A stretch of 64,000 nucleotides of DNA. Source: Camelus dromedarius (Eukaryota). The notes beneath the pieces were generated by a model. That model made no database searches, was not told where the DNA came from, and worked only from the letters and a program-made list of their open reading frames with translations. A program made the translations under genes and the position numbers. Below are positions 37,801 through 50,511 of the stretch, piece by piece. Position 1 is the stretch's first letter. Every line of letters begins with the position of its first letter. The stretch is from contig NC_087436.1 in assembly GCF_036321535.1 (NCBI RefSeq), forward strand, positions 77,936,001-78,000,000. The letters are read 5' to 3'.

Positions 37801-39629
37801 GTGCTTTCTTCTGATCAGATCAAATTCTTCCCAACACTGGCTGGCAAATGTCATCTCTACACCATGGATCTTTGGAAGCCAAGTTGTCAGATCTTCATAC
37901 GGAAAATTATTAGGAAAGAACACTACAGTAGACTTTGTTGCCAGAATCTGTTCACTGAGAAATGGCAAAAGATTGATATTAAACTGTTAAGTGAGTCAGA
38001 GGGCTGCCTCCATTCTGTCCTAAGTAGGGCTTGTTTTTTGGATTAGACACCTGTAATCTGAACAGGTAATGCTAAAATTAACATCACTACAGAAGGGGCA
38101 GAACTGTGAATGTGACACTTTTTCTTGAGTGAAAAATGACTCAACATAGCTGCACTTGGGAAACAAAAGAAGAGTTGAAATAGGTTTTACGTAAGTTCAA
38201 GGTAGTCTAAGCAAAGGGTCGGGTGGGATGTTTCCCTTGGGAGCATTCTGTGGCTCAAGACTTTGACATCTTCTGGGGGCTAAGAGCCTATATTTGCCCC
38301 CCTCCTCCACCTGGCCAGTGTCGGCCACTATTTACATAGTATTTCCTTCTGCAAACCACTTTATTTTCTCTGTTGTTTGATCTGAGCCTGGGATCGTTAT
38401 CTGATTTGAAAATGAGGGAGAGAGACAGGCTCAAAAAGGATAAAGGACTTTCCCCAAATCACACAGGTAGTAAATGGTGGAGGCCCACACTGAACCTGGT
38501 CTTGACTTCTTGGATTGGTGTATTTCCACGGCATTGGCTCCCTGCCCCAGGAAGCTTGATCAAAATGACCAGATAAAGGAGAGTAAACCTGGAAAGACAG
38601 TGACTACCTTTCCAGAGCCAAAAGAGCTGTCTCTGACTGGGAGTAGGCATCTGCCTGGAACCGCAAAATCTGCTCCAGCCCACAAAAGGTGTTGTTCAGA
38701 TGGGCACAGTGGTTCCCTTACCAAACACGGCAAGAGAAACAGGGCCAGCCTCATGGAGGGTGTGGGAGGTGTCTGAGGGTGGGTGGGTAGGCAGGGAGGA
38801 ACCGTTCTTAAACCAAACGAAGTGCCACTTCTGCGTTTGCCACTTGAAACTTTCTTTTTTTTTGAATGTTTAAAGGCATGGGCGTTCAAGTCAAGGGGAC
38901 CTGAATTCAAGTTCTGCTTCTTATCGGCTGTGTAGGCTGGACTAAGTTTAGAGACGAAACCTGTTTCTTCATTTTAAAATAATGATGGCAACCAAATCTT
39001 CCTTAGAGGCTGGCCAGGAGAACTAACCGAGCCGGAGCTTGTCAAATGCTTAGCACAGTAGATGCTTACAAAATAGACGTGAATACGTTGTTATTATTAA
39101 TTTAGGGGCTCGTGTAAGACTTCCATCTTTCTGATAGTCCACCTAACACCTCCCTTTGGATGCCTTGCAGTTATTTCAAATGCATACCCCAAGCCGATTC
39201 ATCTTCCATGTCACCATAATAATCACAACAAAAAGCTACTGAGAGCTTAGTCTGTGTTCTGAGCATTATATTTATTACATTATTTAATCTTGCAAGTTAG
39301 GGATTATATTTCACTTCTCTAGATGGGGCAGTTGAAGCTCAGCGAGGTTAAACAATCTCCCCAAAGCTTCACCACTGTCAGTGTCAGGCCAGATTTCAAA
39401 GCTATGGTCATCTGGTGCCAAGGCCCAGTCTGCATACTTCTGGGCTAAACCTCCTTACTGCCACCGGAGACTGGGCTGCACACCTCTCACTGTATCTTCC
39501 CGTGGAAGACCTTCAATGACTACCCACAGTCTTCAGAAGAGAAATGAGACTAGTCAGCTTGACAGTCAAAGTTCACTTCCCCCATAAATGTGCACCCTAG
39601 CTTTTTGGTTCTCACTATTTCTCTCTGTG

Positions 39630-39760
39630 TATTCAGCTGAATGCAGACTCCATGGGGGCAAAAATTTCTGCCTCTTGTTCACTGCTTCATCCCCAGTACT
39701 TAGAATAATAGCTTGTTTATAGTATGTGTTCATTAAATATTTGTTAAATGAATGAATGAA
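39630..39760 (+). mobile_element. L2 3' end
   Basis: actccatgggggca...cttgttcactgc...cagtacttagaata...taaatatttgttaaatgaatgaatgaa. Confidence 0.8.
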
Positions 39761-40078
39761 AACAATCTTCCCAGCCAAAATTATTGAACTTTCTTTCCAC
39801 CATGCTTTACTGGAGAGCCTGCTGGACATTGCAAGACAAAAAACCTGCACTCATTTTTTGAAGATGCTGGTATATTTTTTTAAAAATGAAGAAAAAACCA
39901 AAACAGGATTTTTAAATGTTTGATAAATTTTAGAAAATAATGTTTACCAAATTAGTGCTTTTAATATTGATCAAACACAATGTAATATAATTGTGTCATT
40001 CAAGGATAATTACAGATGTTATAAAAATACTCACTCCTAGTCACTGTAGGCAGTGTGATCCAGTACTAGAACACCAGG

Positions 40079-40322
40079 GTTTTTTTTGGGGGGGTGGGGT
40101 GGGAGTATAGCTGATTTACAATGTTGCATTAGTTTCAAGTTTACAGCAAAGTGATATAAATAATTATATATATATTTATATATATTCTTTTTCACATTCT
40201 TTTCCATTATAGGTTATTACAAGATATTGAATATAGTTCTCTGTGCTGTACAGTAGGTCCTTGTTGTTTATCTATTTCATGTACAGTAGTGGAGGAGGGA
40301 TAAATGAGAAGTCTGGTATTAA
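40079..40322 (-). mobile_element. 5'-truncated L1 with a short 5' inversion (40291-40322)
   Basis: Antisense L1 3' end at 40104-40290, then a sense-oriented piece ggaggagggataaatgagaagtctggtattaa. In the L1 copies at 43.6 and 46.9 kb that piece lies just upstream. Confidence 0.8.
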
Positions 40323-41129
40323 TGGAACAGCAGTTTAAAATAGGGTGACAAGGTCCTCTTTACTCTTGCCACTGTATCCGTTGCTGAGATGGAGCACAGA
40401 CTCTACTGAGGCCCCTGCTGAATGTGCGCCTTGAACCCTGCTGCCCCCCTACCCCCAGCCGCGTCCCCCCAGCCCTGTCTTCCTGCATCCCATTCCCTCC
40501 TCTCCACCTTCACATCTTCATACCCAACGCCTCCTTCAAAGGCCAAACTAAATACCCCTCTCCCATCCTTTGCTAGGCCTCCCTCCTCAGAAGAAATCTC
40601 TCGATTACTTCCCTGTAGCAATTAACAGTAGGTTCATAGGTGCCGGTGATTTATCACTTTATTCCATGCATTATAGTCATACATATCCTGACTAGGTTTC
40701 TGAGAACAGGACCCATCATCTACTTCTGATGCATCTTTGTAACCACTTCCTGCCTGCTGCTTTGTACCATGTCGTGTTCACAGATGCTTGATATATATTT
40801 TTTGAATAAATAAATGAACGTGGCAATGCAGGTGAAAATAACAGATGGCTGAAGTCTCGGCATGAGGCATTAGACAGACTACTAGTTGGTGGGGGTGGGG
40901 GGGACAAGGGAACTTGTCAGAGGACTATCAGATTAAAGGTGTTGGATTATGAAAAGCGACAGAGCCTACTGATGAAGTGTGAGCTCTTGAGCCAGACTGC
41001 TCGGGTTCAGATACCAGCTCTGTCTCTTTCAGTGTTGTATAAACTCTGAACAACAAATGATATTTTTATCTACCTCATAGTTTTTGTAAAGATTAAAGGA
41101 GCTAATAAATATCAAGTGGTGATTCCCAC

Positions 41130-41183
41130 TGTGGTAGATTGAAATACTGTTTCAAATATTTTGGTGCCTTTCGTGTTAAAAAA

Positions 41184-41231
<48 letters not shown>

Positions 41232-41550
41232 GCATGACTTACTGTGTTTCTTTCATTGGCAGCAGGCTTGGCCATAGGACCTGCTTTGACCTGTGGAATT
41301 CGAGTGACATATGTCATGACTGGGCAGAGGCTTTCAGAGCCATTGTACCCTTTTTCTTCTGCCACAAGGTTGGCACATCTCAAAGAGGCTCATCTCATTC
41401 ATGCTAGATCCTGAGAGAAGGAGTCATGTGGAGTGGAGCCTCAACCATACAACCAACAACCAACACATGAGAAATAAGCCAATGTTGTTACAGGCCACGG
41501 AGATTTGGGGGTTGTTACTGAGACACAACCTGGTGTAGCTGACTTACTGC
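41130..41550 (+). mobile_element. MaLR solo LTR (MLT1-like) inserted into a MIR (~40965-41110 and ~41575-41630)
   Basis: Starts tgtggtagattg; ends ...gagaaataagcc...gccacggagatttgggggttgttactg...ctgact; near-TSD cccac/cccat. Confidence 0.75.
41186..41228. repeat. Perfect (AC)21 microsatellite inside the MLT1 LTR
   Basis: Uninterrupted AC run of 43 bp. Confidence 0.95.
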
Positions 41551-43073
41551 CCCATGAAAGGAGTACTCCATCCACGTAAAGCGCTCAGAACAGTGCCTGG
41601 AACATCAGAAGGACTCAGTAGTGCTTCTCATTGCCGATGTGCCCTCACTTTGGACACAACTTCTTAATTGGTCCTTGCTTGTCTTAAATTAAAACACTCA
41701 TCTTTGGATTCTTTGAAGTATTTCACTGTAGACAGTCATCTGGCTAAGAGTCAGAAAGTGTAGATTCCAGTCCTAACTTGCTTTTCCTGGAGCTCTGTTT
41801 CCTCACAGATAATTGTCAAGGTTCCTTGCAGCTCAGAGAGGTTTCAAAGTGTACAGACCAGCAGCTGTGGGATCTTACACAGCAGTGAACAAGGGTGAGC
41901 TCTACCAGGTACAGAGCTGGGGGACTTGGGGACCTCTTTTCCCTTCACAGGGTTTATATTAGGCTTTGGCCATTGTCAATTTTCAAGGCAATGGCCTTTG
42001 CACAGGCTCCTGCAGCCCAGCACTGTTTTTGTTTGTTTGTTTACTTGTTTGTTTGTTTATTTCTAAAATTAAGTTAGGTAGCAAAACTCTCAGCCAGAGG
42101 AAAAAAGTGATTTCCCAGAGAAAGGGTTATGAAAAATCTTTAGCTAACCACATATGTATTTGACTTAAAGAACTTAAAATAAAAAGTAGGGTACAAGCAG
42201 AGAAGAAAGCTAGCCTGCTGTGGTGGGCAGAGCTCTGGCTTAAAAACTAAAGCTCTGGGTTCCAGCCTTCTTTCTGCTGTTAGTCAGCCCAGTGACCTTG
42301 GGCAATCACTTATTTCTCTGGGCTTCAATTTCCCTCTGTGTAACAATAAAAAATCTCCAAACTCCTGTGTAGCACTAATGTTTTATCACTGTGATTCCAT
42401 CAGAATTAATTGACAAGGTTGTTTTTTATAAGCTTTAAGTGGCAGTTCTCTTAATCTGTAGAGGTGGGGAAATACAATAAGGAAGGAAAATATTTACGGG
42501 GGAACGCCCAGCCCACACAAATCTTCTGAATTGTTAATAAATTCTGATCCTAAAGGAGAAACAAAGGAAAGAACTTGATTTTTAACCATTTAACAGAACA
42601 AGCACTATTCGGTTTGCCAGAAGAACAGGTGGCCTACTATCTTCTCCTGCCCACTCACTGGAGATTTTCTGCTCCAGCTCAGGAAAGCTGATCTCTGCCA
42701 CACTCCTCCCAGCTCCACTGAAATGTATCCAGAGCCTCAAAGTCTTAGCCAGAGGTGTGTCAAGTAGAGTGTGGGCACCAAAGCTGCTCCATGGTTTGAT
42801 GTATTACTGGTTTCAAAAACAAGATCCTCCTCCCATCACTTAGAATGGTAAGTGCCTGCTGTTTCCATGCCGCTGACCTCATCAGAGTGGACAGGTAGTC
42901 CAGCTTCTATGCCCCCTCCCCCTTGATTCCCACCACCATCCTTCCTCAGCCTATCCCACTCTTGTTTGTAGGCAAGGATGGCTCTAAGATTGGCTTTGGT
43001 AAATATACAATCTGAGTAAGACCATGTGGTCTAAGATAAGCCCCTAGAATCTCCCCTTATAAACATACTATCC

Positions 43074-43370
43074 CTGGATCATATGGTAACTCTATGTTTA
43101 GTTTTTAAGGGAAGCTCCATGCTGTTCTCCATACTGTCTGCACCAATTTACATTCCCACCAACAGTGCAGGAAGGTTCCTTTTTCCCCACACCTCTCACA
43201 TATGATCCAGCAATCCCGCTCCTGGTCATATATCTGGAGAAAATTCTAACTTGAAAAAATACATGCACCACATGTTCATAGCAGCACTATTTGCAATAGC
43301 CAAGACATGGAAGAAACCTAAGTGTCTATCAGCATATGAATGGATAAAGAAGATGTAGTGTGTGTATGTG

Positions 43371-43410
<40 letters not shown>

Positions 43411-43880
43411 GAATAGAATACTACTAAGTCATAAAAAAGAATGAAATAATGCCATTTGCAGCAACATGGATAGGCCTAGAGATTATCCTACTAAGTGAAG
43501 TAAGTCAGAGAGAAAAAGACAAACATCATATATTTATATGTGGAATCTAAAAAAAAAAATGACATGAATGAACTTATTTATAAACCAGAAATAGACTCAG
43601 ACATAGAAAACAAACTATGGTTACCAAAGGAGAAGGGAGTAGGGAGGATATATTAAGAGTTTGGGATTAACATATACATACTACTATATATAAAATAGAT
43701 AAACAACAAGGACCTGCTATGTTGCAGAAGGAACTACATTCAATGTCTTATAATAACCTATAATGGAAAATAATCTGAAAAAGAATATGTATGTATGTAC
43801 ATATACAACTGAATCACTTTGCTATACACCTGAAACTAACACAACATTGTAAATCAGCTATACTTCAACTAAAAAAGAAA
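43074..43880 (+). mobile_element. L1 3' part with a 5' inversion (inverted segment 43074-43197, sense segment 43199-43880)
   Basis: Antisense L1 (ctggatcatatggtaactcta...cccaccaacagtgcagg) is joined to sense L1 (catatgatccagcaatccc...tatacttcaactaaaaaa). Contains an internal (TA)n(CA)n tract. Confidence 0.9.
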
Positions 43881-43889
43881 TCAACTTAT

Positions 43890-44434
43890 TGTCCCTTCCA
43901 CATAGAGATTTTATGATTACCAAAACTTGTGAAAGCCAGTGGGCTTTTTAAAGCAGAAGGGAACTCCAGAAGAACAGGTCATGAAGGTATCCTGATTAGA
44001 AAACCTGGCGTGGAGTGTCGCTGATTGAAAGCTTCCAGCTGCCATGTTTTGGATCCACTGCAGTGTTCACGCTGAGGCCACACTTCCCCAGGGCTGCTCG
44101 CAGCCAGCAACAGAGCCCAGTGAGGGAACTAGAGTTGGGTCATTCCTGTTTTAAGGGGGGATTCCTCAAATGGGCACTTTTGGCTTGGGGATCTCCATCA
44201 GGATAACCAGAAGTTTCTCAGAACTGTGCTGTGGTCTGAAACTCTTCCTACTCAATCCTTCCTTCCCTCTTTCCTGTCATAGGTCTCAGACCTGTATCGT
44301 AGGCTGAAGGCTCCCCTCGCCCACTCCTGCTCCTTCCCACTTTACCCCTTATCCTTCACAGGCACTCCTCTCAGTAAACCTCTTACACATTTAATTCCAT
44401 TTGGCATCTGCTTCTAGGAGAAGCAGGGCATGAC
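43890..44434 (+). mobile_element. ERVL solo LTR (LTR16A-like)
   Basis: 3' end agtaaacctcttacacatttaattccatttggcatctgcttctaggag...gaca resembles LTR16A; 5' boundary uncertain. Confidence 0.6.
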
Positions 44435-44463
44435 ACTTTCAAAAGTTTGTATGCCTGGTCCAA

Positions 44464-45009
44464 TGTGTTAGTTAGTGTTCTCCACAGAAACAGAACCAAT
44501 AGGAGAGATATATTTATTAAAAGGAATTGGCTCACATGATTATAGAGTTTGAGAAGTCCCAAGGCCTACAGTTGGCAAGCTGGGAACTCAGGAGAGCCAA
44601 AGTGTACTTCCAGCTGGAATCTAAAGTACTGAGAGCTGACAGTGTAAGTTCCAGTCTGAAAGCTGGCAAGCTTGAGATCCAAGAAGAGCAGATGGTTCAG
44701 TCTGAGTCCAAAGAACAGACAAGACCAATGTCAAAGTGCTCAGGCAGGAGGAGTTCCCTCTTACTCCTGGTGGCGGGGGAGGATGGTGATGGTGGTGGTA
44801 GTGTCAATGATTTTGTTCTGTTTTAGGCCTTCAACTGACTGGATGAGGCCAACCCACATCAGGGAAGACAATTTCCTTTATTCAGTCTACTGATTCAGAT
44901 GTTCACCTGATCCAGGAACACCATCACACACACACCCAGAATAATATTCAACCAAATATCTGCATACTCCACGGCCCAGTCAAGTTGACACATAAAACTA
45001 ACCATCCCA
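44464..45009 (-). mobile_element. ERVL solo LTR (MLT2B-like)
   Basis: tgtgttagttagtgttctccacagaaacagaaccaatagg ... ggcccagtcaagttgacacataaaactaaccatc, a near-complete MLT2. Confidence 0.85.
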
Positions 45010-45194
45010 CCATGCCAGCAGATAATCATGTAAATCACTTTTGCTACAGTCATGAATACAAGTTAAGTTCTCATAGTATGAGTTGCATTTATGTTTCTAT
45101 CCATCTCTCCAAAAAGCCTATGAATGCTTTGGAGGTGGAAACCATGTCCTATTCATTTTCAGATCCTAAGTGCATAGTGGTGGGAATAACTTAT

Positions 45195-45430
45195 ATTTAT
45201 TGAGTTCCTACTGTGGGTAACGCTAGAGGTATAGTAATGAACAAAACAGAACAGGTCTTTGTGCTCATGGAGCTTACACTTAGCTGAGAGAGACAAACAG
45301 TATACAAAACAATTGAATATATAATATAACGTGGCAGTGATAAGTGTGAAAAGGAAAGAATAAAGGAGGGCAAGGGGCCTGAGAGGGATGGAGGTGTCAT
45401 TTCATACAGGTTCCCAGAGATGGCTTGAAT
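45195..45430 (-). mobile_element. L2 fragment
   Basis: atttattgagttcctactgtg...gctcatggagcttacact. Confidence 0.7.
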
Positions 45431-46249
45431 GAATAACGGAGTGGGTGAAGGTGTGGAGGAGGTTGTGGAAGTGTGTCGGGGCACAAGTCGGGACCTGCAA
45501 CTACACAGGGCAGAGGGAAGACTCCCCCTCCATGCAGGGAATCAGCTCAACTCAATTGTTATTTCGCCCAATTCAGCCTGTACAGTGTTCTTCCCTGACT
45601 CCCACTTCTACAACTTTTTTTTTTTTTTAAACAAGAGTGGGCCCAGATTGTCGTTTCTTAAGGAGCTTCTTCACAGTCACTTTTCAAGTCAACTTTATCA
45701 CCTGCACTGACCTCCCCCACCTGAGGGCTTGAGGCCAGTTTTCTCTTCTGAAGAAATTCTTCTAAAAGTGGTGACTTGGAGACACTTCCGAAAATGAAGA
45801 TAGACTTGGCAAAGAAATTCCAAGCCTACAGGCAGATAATTAAGAGAGATTTTCAAAGCCTAGGGGGAAATCAAAGACCATTATATATGTACAGTTGGCA
45901 TTAAACCACTTTCATTACAGTTTGAGCTCCGTACAGCTGTGCAGCAATTGAGAGATGAGAATACCCAGCCAGTGAAAAAATAAAAGGCACGTGGATGCCA
46001 ACTTTCTCATGGCCTGCAGGAACCACACGAAAAGTTTCATCGCTTGTCCTGGGGAATTACAAAAACCAAAATAGGAAATTTTATTGCAGTTCTAAGAAGG
46101 AAATGATTACGTAGCAACCGAGAAAAATACGTTTAGAATTTCCCTTTCCCTCTTCCACCTCACTGACCCAATTCCTTAGTCTCAACAGGGATGTGGTAAG
46201 AGGGGTGAGATTTTGTATGGAGTCATCTGAAGTCTTTGGGAGGTTTAGC

Positions 46250-46430
46250 GGAGAAGTCTGAGCTTTGGAACCAGGCAGGTCTAGCAATGCAATTTAGTTC
46301 TGCCAGTTAAGAGCTTAGGCAAGTTACTCCGTCTCTCCAAGCTCCACTTTCCTTCTCTGTAAAATACCTGCTTGATGGGGTTGTTGTGATGATTACATGA
46401 GACAGCGTAGGTGCTTAATAAATGATGGTT
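46250..46430 (+). mobile_element. MIR
   Basis: gctttggaaccaggcagg...ttaggcaagttact...ctgtaaaat...gttgttgtgatgatta. Confidence 0.7.
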
Positions 46431-46521
46431 CATCTTCCTGAAAAGGAAGTTACTTGAGGAACTCGAAAAAGTACTTATCATACTTTCTTTCTTGTTATTG
46501 CTAATAAAGATTATGATATCA

Positions 46522-47172
46522 TCCTTAAAAACTAAAAATAGATTTACCTTATGATCCAACAATCCCACTCCTGGGTATATAACCAGAGAAAACTCTAATT
46601 TGAAAAGGTACATGCACCCCAATGTTCACAGCAGCACTATTTACAACAGCCAAGACATGGAAGCAACCTCAATGTCCACTGACAGATGACTGGATAAAGA
46701 AGATGTGGTGTACGTATACAAGGAATACAACTCAGCCATAAAAAAAATGAAATAATGCCATTTGCAACAACATGGATGGACTTAGAGATGATCATACTAA
46801 GTGAAGTAAGTCAGACAGAGAAAGACAAATACCATATGATATCACTTACATGTGGAATCTAAAAAAAAACACAAATGAATTTATTTACAAACAGAAACAG
46901 ACTCACAGATATTGAAAACAAACAGTTACCAAAGGGGAATGGTTGGGGAGGAATAAATTGGGCGTCTGGGATTAGCAGATACAAACTACCATATACAGAA
47001 TAGATAAACAACAAGGTCCTACAGTATAGCACAGGGAACTATATTCAATACCTTGCAATAGCCTATAATGAAAAAGAATTTGAAAAATAATATATACGTA
47101 TATAACTAAATCACTATGCTGTCCACCAGAAACTAACACAATATTGTAAATCAACTATACTTCAATTAAAAA
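46522..47172 (+). mobile_element. 5'-truncated L1 with poly(A) and a perfect 16-bp TSD
   Basis: TSD AAAGATTATGATATCA at 46506-46521 and 47173-47188; L1 ORF2 end and 3'UTR ending tatacttcaattaaaaa. Confidence 0.93.
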
Positions 47173-50100
47173 AAAGATTATGATATCAAAAAGTACCTTG
47201 TCAAGAATAGTGATCACAGAAGCAAATGTCTTTGGTAAGCCTATGGTAGAATTTGATCTGTGACTTTGGCCAAAAACCGCAGTAAATAAGAAGGCCTATG
47301 ACCATCTTAAAGGAGTGACTGGAGGACCCACGTCCCATTTGAAGGCGACAACTAGAGGATTTCTGCCTGATATAAGGGGGTCCACCCCCATCTACAGGAG
47401 GGCTGGAGCCCCATTCAAAGGAGGCATTTGCTACTTTGCTCCTACCTCTGGGTAGTGTAGACCCACTATTTTTTTTTAAATTCTGAAACTCACTTCTATA
47501 TGAAATTTCCAGTTCACATAAAATGGCTCCAAAGCCAATTAATAAAAAACACATAGACCACAAAAAGCACGTCTGCAGGCTAGACATGGCCTGTGGACCA
47601 CCAGCGAGCGACGTCTGGAAGAGGAACATTCCATGACTGCATTCTCCTCTTAGAATGAAATATTTTAGTTTTGAGATAATTCTTCAAATAATTCCACCCA
47701 GAGCAGAGTTCAACATACAAATAAATCTCTTCCCACAGATTCCTATATCTAGGACACCAAGGGCCAAAAATAACTGAAAAACACCTATGAAGGATTTTGT
47801 TGTTATTTATTCCTCAGGATTTAGCTGGTTGCTGGTGGGCAGACTGTTCAAAGTCTGTGCATAGGTAAAGATAAGTTGATGCCTGCTGATAAGGCTATTT
47901 TCTAGATATGTGCTTAGAAAATGTAATGTTTTTCCAGGCTTTTCATGGTATCAGAGAGGGGTTAAAGTATTAATAAATAGTCCACAAAGTTATTGCCTTT
48001 AGATCTTTAAAAGAGAGGGCAGAAAGAGTTCAGAAGAAATTATCGTGTTTGTTAAAGAATCTTTCTAGGGGCTCCAGATGAGCTTCGCAGCAACACAGAA
48101 TGCTCCCAAGAGGTGCTGATGGGAAACTATCAGTGGCTGAAAAGTATTAAGCCAACGGTGTTTTAATTAACTTGTTCCACTCTATTTCTGAGCTTACAGC
48201 AGACAACAAAAAGGAATCACATTTCAATATAAAAAGTCACAGTAAATGTTAAGCTCCATTTTTGATTGACAGTCTCCCACAACTCACACACCTTAAAACT
48301 AGCATCTATACCTTCAGCACATTTGTAAAACCCAACAGGTTTCTCGAGCATGTGACAATCCAGATCCCTGTGCTCATCCATAGAAGCCATTTCCTGCGGG
48401 GGAAATGTACTGTGACATCCATTTTGATAGGTTGCAGGCACATTAGGTGGAATTACCTCAGTTGGAACAAGAAGAGGAACATGCTCTGTTCACTTAACAC
48501 GTACAGGCATTTGTTCAGAATTGGCCGGGAGGGACTGAATTACCGATGTGTTTTCCCAAGGCATCTTTGTGTTCTACAGACATAGCTTCACCAAATAATT
48601 GCTCAATCTATAACTATCCAAATAGTACTGGGCACTGACTGGATCTGAGTTGCTACTGATTCACTTTATAAACTGGCAACTCTACTTGGAGAAGGACATG
48701 CAACACAACGAGTTGATTCTGTAAAATCTCCTGCTTATTTTCCCATGTTTCCAACACAGAATTGAAAACAAGTCCCATAAAAAGACTGTGGCCGGAAGAC
48801 GTTCATGTTCCTATCCATTCTAGGCGGTCGAGGGTTTCTTTCTCTGTTGAAATATTAAGTTAGGAAACAGCAACAAGGATCCATAGAAAGGGACAAAAAG
48901 ATTATTCTACCAAAATGATGTTTCAGGGATCTGCTATAAAAAAGAGTAAGAGATTCTCTTTTATGACTGGGAAAAGGCATATTTTTGAAGTTATAAAATT
49001 CAGAACCTGAGACACAGTAATAAAAGGATATTTTTAGTAAAGTGTATTGAGATCTTTGACAAGCAAGCACTAAAATAAAACAGCCGATCATAAACTAGCA
49101 TATTGAACAAAATTTATATTTGAAAAACTAATCTTCAGTTACTTCTCTTGGTTCCCACACTCTTTTTCTCTCATGAGTTCCTATCTCTAATACTGTAATT
49201 ATACTACTAATAAAAATACCTTGCCTAAGAAATCTGTTCATTTGAGTGTTGAATATATTTTAATTGTGATATTAAATATACCTTAGTTTGAGAAAGGCTT
49301 TTTGGAAAAGATGAGTCAAATGCAAGTAAGTGTAAATTGATCTTTTTGCAACCACGTCCCCTAGGAGTATGGTGTTCCCAAGCTGTTTCATAATCTCAAT
49401 TGGGTCAACACTGCAACTGACTTGAATGGCAGACCGCCAAGGGAAATTGCTAAGTTGGGTTTGACACTTAATGCTGGAGTTGTGCTTTCCCTTGAGAGAG
49501 CACCCCATTATGGAAATAGGGTCACCAGAAAGGGATTTTAGAAGGTGCTGTAAACATTGCTTTGCAAGGTCTATGAAGATCTGATTGACCATTGAGGTAG
49601 AAGGCAGGATGCATGCTCTAACTAGGATGGTGGTAATATCTCAGTGCAGACTGCTGCATTCTGTTCAAATTCCTGCTGTCAGTTCCTTTAGAATCACTGG
49701 TCGTCTTTCTCACCAATTCCCTCAAATGTATAGTGTTGTAGTGACCTGCCAAGACTGTATTAGGTTCCCTTAATAAAGATAGATACATCACAGCAGTGGG
49801 TTAAGTGATGGAGCTAACAGTTAATTCTTGCTTCACTAGGCCAAACCAAATAATTCTCATTTAAATGAAAAAACCCATCCTGCTGCCCAGTAAATATTTG
49901 GTATCAGAGCAGCAATGAAAGCTCATGCTCTGTAAACCTTATTTCTCTTTGGGGGCTCCTAGGACATTTCCACGAGTACCCCACTGAGAATGATAAACAT
50001 TCAGAACAAAATGACACTTGTCCAAATAAACAGGAAAAAGCAGCTTTGTGAAATCTCTTCCTAGAGTTTGTAGGTTTTTGTGTTTGTTTTTATGAGCGTG

Positions 50101-50181
50101 TGTTTACTTTCTTGTTCAAATGTGGAAACACTGCTATCCTCCATGGGCTTCTCAGCCATTAGTATGAATTAAAAAGTCCTA

Positions 50182-50511
50182 ATGAACTTACTACAAAACA
50201 GAAACAGACTCACAGACATAGAGAACAAACTTATGGTTACTGGAGGGAAAGAGGCTGGGAAGGGATAAACTGGGAGTTTGAGATTTGCAAATATTAACTA
50301 TTATATATAAGACAGATAAACAAAAAATTTCTTCTGTATAGCACAGGGAACTATACTCAATATTTTGTAGTGACCTATAATGAAAAAGAATATGAAAATG
50401 AATAGATGTATGTATATGTACGAGTGAAACATTATGTTGTACACCAGAAATTGACACATTGTAATTGACTATACTTCAATTTAAAAAAAATCACAAAAAC
50501 TAAAAAAAATT
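50182..50511 (+). mobile_element. 5'-truncated L1 3'UTR (camelid-type subfamily)
   Basis: aacagaaacagactcacagacatagagaacaaacttatggttac...tgactatacttcaatttaaaaa; near-TSD aattaaaaa(g)tccta at 50167-50181 and 50512-50525. Confidence 0.88.

Noticed and set aside
46281..47154. Minus-strand ORFs of 113 aa and 60 aa (also 50191-50457 and 58935-59393)
   Set aside because: Antisense translations of L1, MIR and L2 sequence.
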